From Candidatus Niyogibacteria bacterium (GTDB taxonomy: Bacteria; Patescibacteriota; Minisyncoccia; JACROR01), in assembly GCA_016186495.1 (NCBI GenBank), contig JACPLO010000002.1, positions 6,857-70,856 on the forward strand: a stretch of 64,000 bases of DNA. The letters are read 5' to 3'. Positions within the stretch are counted from its first letter, which is position 1; each line of letters opens with the position of its first letter. The notes under the pieces are model-generated. The model worked only from the letters and a program-made list of their open reading frames with translations, had not been told where the DNA came from and made no database searches. Shown here one piece after another: positions 59,469-64,000 of this stretch. Made by a program: the position numbers and the translations under genes.

Positions 59469-60944
59469 GTGAATAGTTTTGAAGAAATTCGCCAAGGGCG
59501 GATTAAAAAATTAAACGAATTGAAAAAGGCGGGGCAAGAGCCGTTTCCGGCGGAAGTTCCCGAAATTTTATCTTTGGAAGAAATTCAAAGTTCTTTTAAT
59601 AAATTGAAAGCCAAGAAAAAGCCGTTTTGGGCCGCGGGGCGATTAATGGCGTGCCGCGAGCACGGCGGATTGCTTTTTGCCGATCTTTATGACGGAACCG
59701 TTAAAATGCAGATTTGTTTTAGAAAAGACGATTTGTCGGAAGAATTGTTCAAAATTTTTAAAGATCAAGTTGATATCGGCGATTTTATTTTAATTGAAGG
59801 AAAACCTTTTTTAACGAAAAAGAAAGAAAGAACTCTGGCGGTAAGCGCTTGGCGGATTTTATCCAAGAGTTTGAGGCCGCTGCCGGAAAAATGGCACGGC
59901 CTTCAGGATGTGGAAGAAAGATACCGCCGCCGATATCTTGATCTTTTAATGAATGATGAAATTAAAAAAAGATTTTTAGCGCGGTCAAAAATAATCAGTG
60001 AAACGAGAAATTTTTTGGAAGAGAACGGCTATTTGGAAGTGGAAACGCCGATCCTTCAGCCGCTGGCCGGAGGAGCCGCGGCCGTTCCTTTTAAAACCCA
60101 TCATCAGGCGCTGGATATTGATCTTTATTTAAGAATCGCGCCGGAACTTTATTTAAAAAAACTTTTAGTGGGAGGCCTTAACAAAATTTATGAGCTTGGC
60201 AGGAATTTCAGGAATGAAGGAATAGACGCGACGCATAATCCGGAATTTACCATGCTGGAATTTTATGAAGCTTATTCTGACGCGAAAAAACAGCGCGTTT
60301 TCGTGGAAAAAATGATCAAGCATCTTGTTAAAAAAGTTTTGAAAAAGAATTATTTGGAATACGGCGGAATAAAAATAGATTTTTCTCAAAAATTTTCGGT
60401 GATTTCTTATTTTGATCTTTTGAAAAAATATGCTTTGATTTTGGATCCAAAATCAGCTTCAAATTATGATTTGGCGCTGATTGCCAAACGGTTGGGCGTG
60501 GAGGCGGCTGATTCCGACGCTAAAGATAAAATTATGGATAATATTTATAAAAAAATTTGCCGGCCGCGGCTTATTCAGCCAATTTTCATTATTGATTATC
60601 CGGCGGAATTTTCTCCTTTTGCCAAAATAAATCCGGAAAAGCCCGAATTTATAGATCGTTTTCAGCTGGTCATCGGCGGATTGGAATTGGTTAACGCTTT
60701 TTCAGAACTTAATGATCCTTTGGAACAAAGGGAAAGATTTTTAGAACAGGATAGAAAAAGAAAAGAAGGGGAGGCGGATGTTTCGCCGAGCGACGAAGAA
60801 TATCTGGAAGCGATGGAATACGGCATGCCGCCGGCTGGCGGCGTAGGCATCGGCTTTGACCGTTTAATGATGCTTTTGACCGGAGCTCAAAATATCCGGG
60901 AAGTGATTTTATTCCCCACATTAAGGCCAAAACCCTCTCACTAA
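59469..60944 (+). CDS. lysS: Lysine--tRNA ligase
   Basis: RRRYLDL, LRIAPELYLK, HNPEF, YGMPP. Confidence 0.96.
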   Translation: MNSFEEIRQGRIKKLNELKKAGQEPFPAEVPEILSLEEIQSSFNKLKAKKKPFWAAGRLMACREHGGLLFADLYDGTVKMQICFRKDDLSEELFKIFKDQVDIGDFILIEGKPFLTKKKERTLAVSAWRILSKSLRPLPEKWHGLQDVEERYRRRYLDLLMNDEIKKRFLARSKIISETRNFLEENGYLEVETPILQPLAGGAAAVPFKTHHQALDIDLYLRIAPELYLKKLLVGGLNKIYELGRNFRNEGIDATHNPEFTMLEFYEAYSDAKKQRVFVEKMIKHLVKKVLKKNYLEYGGIKIDFSQKFSVISYFDLLKKYALILDPKSASNYDLALIAKRLGVEAADSDAKDKIMDNIYKKICRPRLIQPIFIIDYPAEFSPFAKINPEKPEFIDRFQLVIGGLELVNAFSELNDPLEQRERFLEQDRKRKEGEADVSPSDEEYLEAMEYGMPPAGGVGIGFDRLMMLLTGAQNIREVILFPTLRPKPSH

Positions 60945-60996
60945 TAAAACTATTATTTTTATTCAACGTTAAATTTTATCATTGCCGCGTAATTTT

Positions 60997-61033
60997 AACC
61001 TCCGCACTTATGTATAAGTGCGGAGGTTTCTTT
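60997..61033 (+). terminator. Strong hairpin after lysS, probable terminator
   Basis: aacctccgcactta tgta taagtgcggaggtt followed by tcttt. Confidence 0.7.
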
Positions 61034-61105
61034 ATTAGTGTGGTGGTAATGTTTTCCACAGGGGGGTATTGGAAAATTATTTGAAGTGGTATAAACTACT
61101 AACAT

Positions 61106-61145
61106 AGTGGTAAATTGTGGATAAATCTGTGGATAGTGTGGATAA
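61106..61145. promoter_or_regulatory. GTGG direct repeats upstream of mraZ (MraZ operator), including two perfect DnaA-box 9-mers
   Basis: GTGG at 61107, 61117, 61129, 61138; TGTGGATAA at 61116 and 61137. Confidence 0.7.
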
Positions 61146-61166
61146 CTTTTAAAAGCATGGAAATAT

Positions 61167-61601
61167 ATGCTAATTGGTGAATTTTTACATACTATAGACG
61201 CTAAAAAACGGATTTCTTTGCCGGCAAAATTCAGAAAAGAGATCGGTAAAGGAGCGGTCATCACCAAAGGTTTGGATAAATGCCTTTTTGTTTACCCGGT
61301 TTCTGAATGGAAAAATTTTGCCGAATGGTTAAGCGCTTTGCCGATGGGACAAAAAGACAAAAGAGATTTGACGCGGATTTTTTTAGCCAGCGCCTCGGAA
61401 GTGGAAAGCGATAAATTGGGGCGGATTTTAATTCCGGATTATTTGAAAAAATACGCCGAATTAGAAGAGAAAGCGGTAATTTGCGGAATGTACAAACGTT
61501 TGGAAATTTGGAATGAAAAAAGATGGGAAAAATATCGGGAAGAAACGGAAAAGCAAGCTGATATTCTGGCGGAAAAAATGGGAGAAATGGGAATAGCTTA
61601 A
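61167..61601 (+). CDS. mraZ: Transcriptional regulator MraZ
   Basis: DAKKRISLPAKFR, DKLGRILIP, LEIW. Confidence 0.95.
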   Translation: MLIGEFLHTIDAKKRISLPAKFRKEIGKGAVITKGLDKCLFVYPVSEWKNFAEWLSALPMGQKDKRDLTRIFLASASEVESDKLGRILIPDYLKKYAELEEKAVICGMYKRLEIWNEKRWEKYREETEKQADILAEKMGEMGIA

Positions 61602-61604
61602 TTT

Positions 61605-62510
61605 ATGACCCATACCCCGGTTCTTTTAAAGGAAGTCGTAGAATTATTGAATGTTGAAAACGGCAAAGTATTCGTGGATGCCACGGCTGACGGCGGAGGC
61701 CATCTTCAGGCAATTTTAGAGAAACTTCCAAGAGACGGAAAAATTATCGGCTTGGATCAGGATGAAGAAATGATCGGCCGCTTGATAAAAAAATTCAATA
61801 AAAACAGCCGGCTGAAATTTATCACGGGGAATTTTAGAAATCTTGGCGATTTATTAAAAAATTACCAAGGGAAAATAGACGGCATTTTATACGATTTAGG
61901 CTTAAGTTCTTGGCAGCTTGAATTTTCCGGAAGAGGATTTTCTTTTCTTCGGGATGAACCGCTTCTAATGACCTTTAAAGCCGAGCTTGAACCTTTTGAT
62001 CTTACCGCGGAAAAAATTATCAATGATTGGAATAGAAAAGAGCTTGAAAATTTAATTAAAAAATACGGCGAGGAAAAATACGCGGCGCGAATAGTCGAGG
62101 CGATTATTGAAGCGAGAAAGAGAAAGAGAATAAGGAGAACCGGCGAATTGGCTGAAATTATTAAATTCGCAACGCCGGAAAATTATGAAAAAGGGCGCCT
62201 TCATCCCGCTACCCGCACTTTTCAAGCCTTGCGTCTCACAGTTAATGACGAGCTTAACGTTTTAAGCGAAGGGCTGGCGGCCGGTTGGGAGCTTTTGAAA
62301 AATGACGGGCGGCTGGCGGTTATTTCATTCCATTCGCTTGAAGATCGGATTGTTAAAAATTTTTTTAGAGATAAAAAACAGCAAGGAAAAGCGGAAATTC
62401 TGACCAAAAAACCGATTAGCCCTTTGCCGGAAGAAATCAGAGTTAATTTCCGTTCGCGTTCCGCCAAATTAAGAGTTGCCAAAAAATTACAATATGGCGC
62501 ATTTTATTAA
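61605..62510 (+). CDS. rsmH: 16S rRNA m4C1402 methyltransferase
   Basis: HTPVLL, DLGLSS, RTFQALR, SFHSLEDR. Confidence 0.96.
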   Translation: MTHTPVLLKEVVELLNVENGKVFVDATADGGGHLQAILEKLPRDGKIIGLDQDEEMIGRLIKKFNKNSRLKFITGNFRNLGDLLKNYQGKIDGILYDLGLSSWQLEFSGRGFSFLRDEPLLMTFKAELEPFDLTAEKIINDWNRKELENLIKKYGEEKYAARIVEAIIEARKRKRIRRTGELAEIIKFATPENYEKGRLHPATRTFQALRLTVNDELNVLSEGLAAGWELLKNDGRLAVISFHSLEDRIVKNFFRDKKQQGKAEILTKKPISPLPEEIRVNFRSRSAKLRVAKKLQYGAFY

Positions 62511-62820
62511 AATAAAAATAATGGATAATAACCGAATTTACGTCTGCGGTATTTTAGTAATTCTCGCGATTTTTCTTTCTTTTTTTTATCTTCATTTGAT
62601 CGGCGTCAGGATTCAGAAGAATTTTTCTAAAAACGAACTTAGCGAGAAATTGGATTCAGCCCATAAATATTATCAGAAAATGGAGCTTGGTTATATCCGT
62701 GAATTGGCTTTGGTCAGCGAAAAACAAAAAGAATACGGGTTTGTGGGGGCCGGCGAGGTTAAATTCGTTAGCGCTGAAGAAAAAGATTTGGCGCGCGCTT
62801 ATTTTCCCGTTAATCCTTAA
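62494..62820 (+). CDS. FtsL-like cell division protein (by position)
   Basis: Single TM plus short coiled coil between rsmH and PBP gene. Confidence 0.55.
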   Translation: MAHFIKIKIMDNNRIYVCGILVILAIFLSFFYLHLIGVRIQKNFSKNELSEKLDSAHKYYQKMELGYIRELALVSEKQKEYGFVGAGEVKFVSAEEKDLARAYFPVNP

Positions 62821-62834
62821 ATTTGATTTCGGCG

Positions 62835-64000
62835 ATGCTTAAGATTATTGCCAGAAGAATCAACTGGGTTTTTTTATTCAGCTTTTTTTTAGGAGGGTCT
62901 TTGTTGGCTCGCTTGTTTTTTTTACAGATAATTTCGGGTGGATATTACCAATCTGTGGCGTCGCGCCAACGAAATTATTCCGCGGTGCTTGAGCCGCGCC
63001 GGGGAAATATTTATTTTCAAAATAAATCGGGAGAATTAATTACCGCGGCTGGCACTAAAGAAGGTTATGATATCTATATCAATCCGCGACTTTTAAATGA
63101 AACTAACGCTGACGCCGAAGCGCTTTATAAAAAATTAGAGGTTATTTTTCCGTTGAAAGCGGATCAGCCTTTGGCGGAAAAATTAGACCGGGAATATTTT
63201 TTCAACCGTTTAAAGCGGATAAATGATCCTTTTGAAATTATAGTTAAAAACGTAGAAGAAGAAAAAGCGGTTTTAGTCCGGGATTTAAAAATAGACGGCG
63301 TAGGTTTGGCGCCAACCGAATGGCGTTATTATCCGGCGGGAAAAACTGCTTCTCATGTTCTCGGATTTTTAGGATACAATGGCGATCAGCTTGAAGGCCG
63401 TTATGGAATAGAGCAGTATTTTGAGGAAGTGATTAAAGGCAAAAAAGGCTATATTGAAGGAGAAAAATCAGCTCAAGGATTTTTAATTGATTTGGGAAAA
63501 AAAATATTGAATTTGCCTCAGGAAGGGCAGGATGTGGTTTTAACGATTAACATTGACGTTCAGTTGTTTTTAGAAGAAACTCTCGGAAAAACGCGGCAAA
63601 AATGGAGAGCAAAAAGCGCCGCCGGAATAATCATAGAGCCGCGGACGGGGAAAGTTTTAGCGATGGCCAGCCAGCCTGATTTTGATCCTAATAAATATGG
63701 CGAAGCTGAAGACTTGAGTGTTTTTGTTAATCCGCTGGTGGAAAGAATTTATGAATTCGGTTCGGTTTTCAAACCGCTGACCATGGCGGCGGCTTTAGAT
63801 AAGGGGGTAATAACGCCGGAAACAAAATATTACGACCGCGGTTATTTGATTTTAAATAATCGGCGCATTGAAAATTATGACGGCAAAGGCCGGGGAGAAG
63901 TTGATATGCAGAAAGTCTTGGAAGAATCTCTGAACACCGGCGCGGTTTTCGCGATGCAGAAACTCGGCAAAGAAAATTTTTACGATTATATGCAAAAATA
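62835..64000 (+). CDS. ftsI: Division penicillin-binding protein (FtsI-like), 3' truncated; absent from ORF track
   Basis: Own translation from ATG 62835: TM, PRRGNIYF, WRYYP, GRYGIE, GSVFK, SLN. Confidence 0.85.
   Translation, partial: MLKIIARRINWVFLFSFFLGGSLLARLFFLQIISGGYYQSVASRQRNYSAVLEPRRGNIYFQNKSGELITAAGTKEGYDIYINPRLLNETNADAEALYKKLEVIFPLKADQPLAEKLDREYFFNRLKRINDPFEIIVKNVEEEKAVLVRDLKIDGVGLAPTEWRYYPAGKTASHVLGFLGYNGDQLEGRYGIEQYFEEVIKGKKGYIEGEKSAQGFLIDLGKKILNLPQEGQDVVLTINIDVQLFLEETLGKTRQKWRAKSAAGIIIEPRTGKVLAMASQPDFDPNKYGEAEDLSVFVNPLVERIYEFGSVFKPLTMAAALDKGVITPETKYYDRGYLILNNRRIENYDGKGRGEVDMQKVLEESLNTGAVFAMQKLGKENFYDYMQK
63143..63184. repeat. REP-like palindrome within ftsI
   Basis: atttttccg ttgaaagcggatcagcctttgg cggaaaaat; aaaaattaga direct repeats 48 nt apart. 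Confidence 0.55.

Overview
Core-genome segment of a small-genome bacterium, most likely Patescibacteria/CPR (Parcubacteria-like). This is inferred from gene content and order, the scarcity of Shine-Dalgarno sites and the type IV pilus cluster. Standard code 11 is used. Gene order: type IV pilus operon, ligA-gatC-gatA, gdhA, tRNA-Asp and tRNA-Met, a sugar-phosphate cluster (PGI/PMI, gap, rpiB, rpe, split tkt, PfkB kinase, fba), rplY, lytic transglycosylase, prfA-rpmE, rpsB-tsf, tRNA-Thr, ABC/DedA, PPIase, tmk, NDH-2, Fe-S genes, htrA-clpB-scpAB, wall synthesis genes, frr-rseP, proS, mreBCD-mrdA, greA-lysS and the start of the dcw cluster. The main unexplained signal is a family of small palindromic insertion elements with ends YCCCGTTARA...TYTAACGGGR. 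I count 14 complete copies plus orphan arms. They have variable interiors and 4-bp flanking direct repeats (TGAA/TAAA/TTGA). They insert in frame in proteins, regenerate start codons, stack in a tandem array in a pilin leader, and in one case carry a whole tRNA-Thr gene inside the anticodon loop of another, decayed tRNA-Thr. No transposase or recombinase is encoded in the window. At least three further unrelated palindromic repeat families are present. All coordinates were read by eye and may be off by 1-2 nt.
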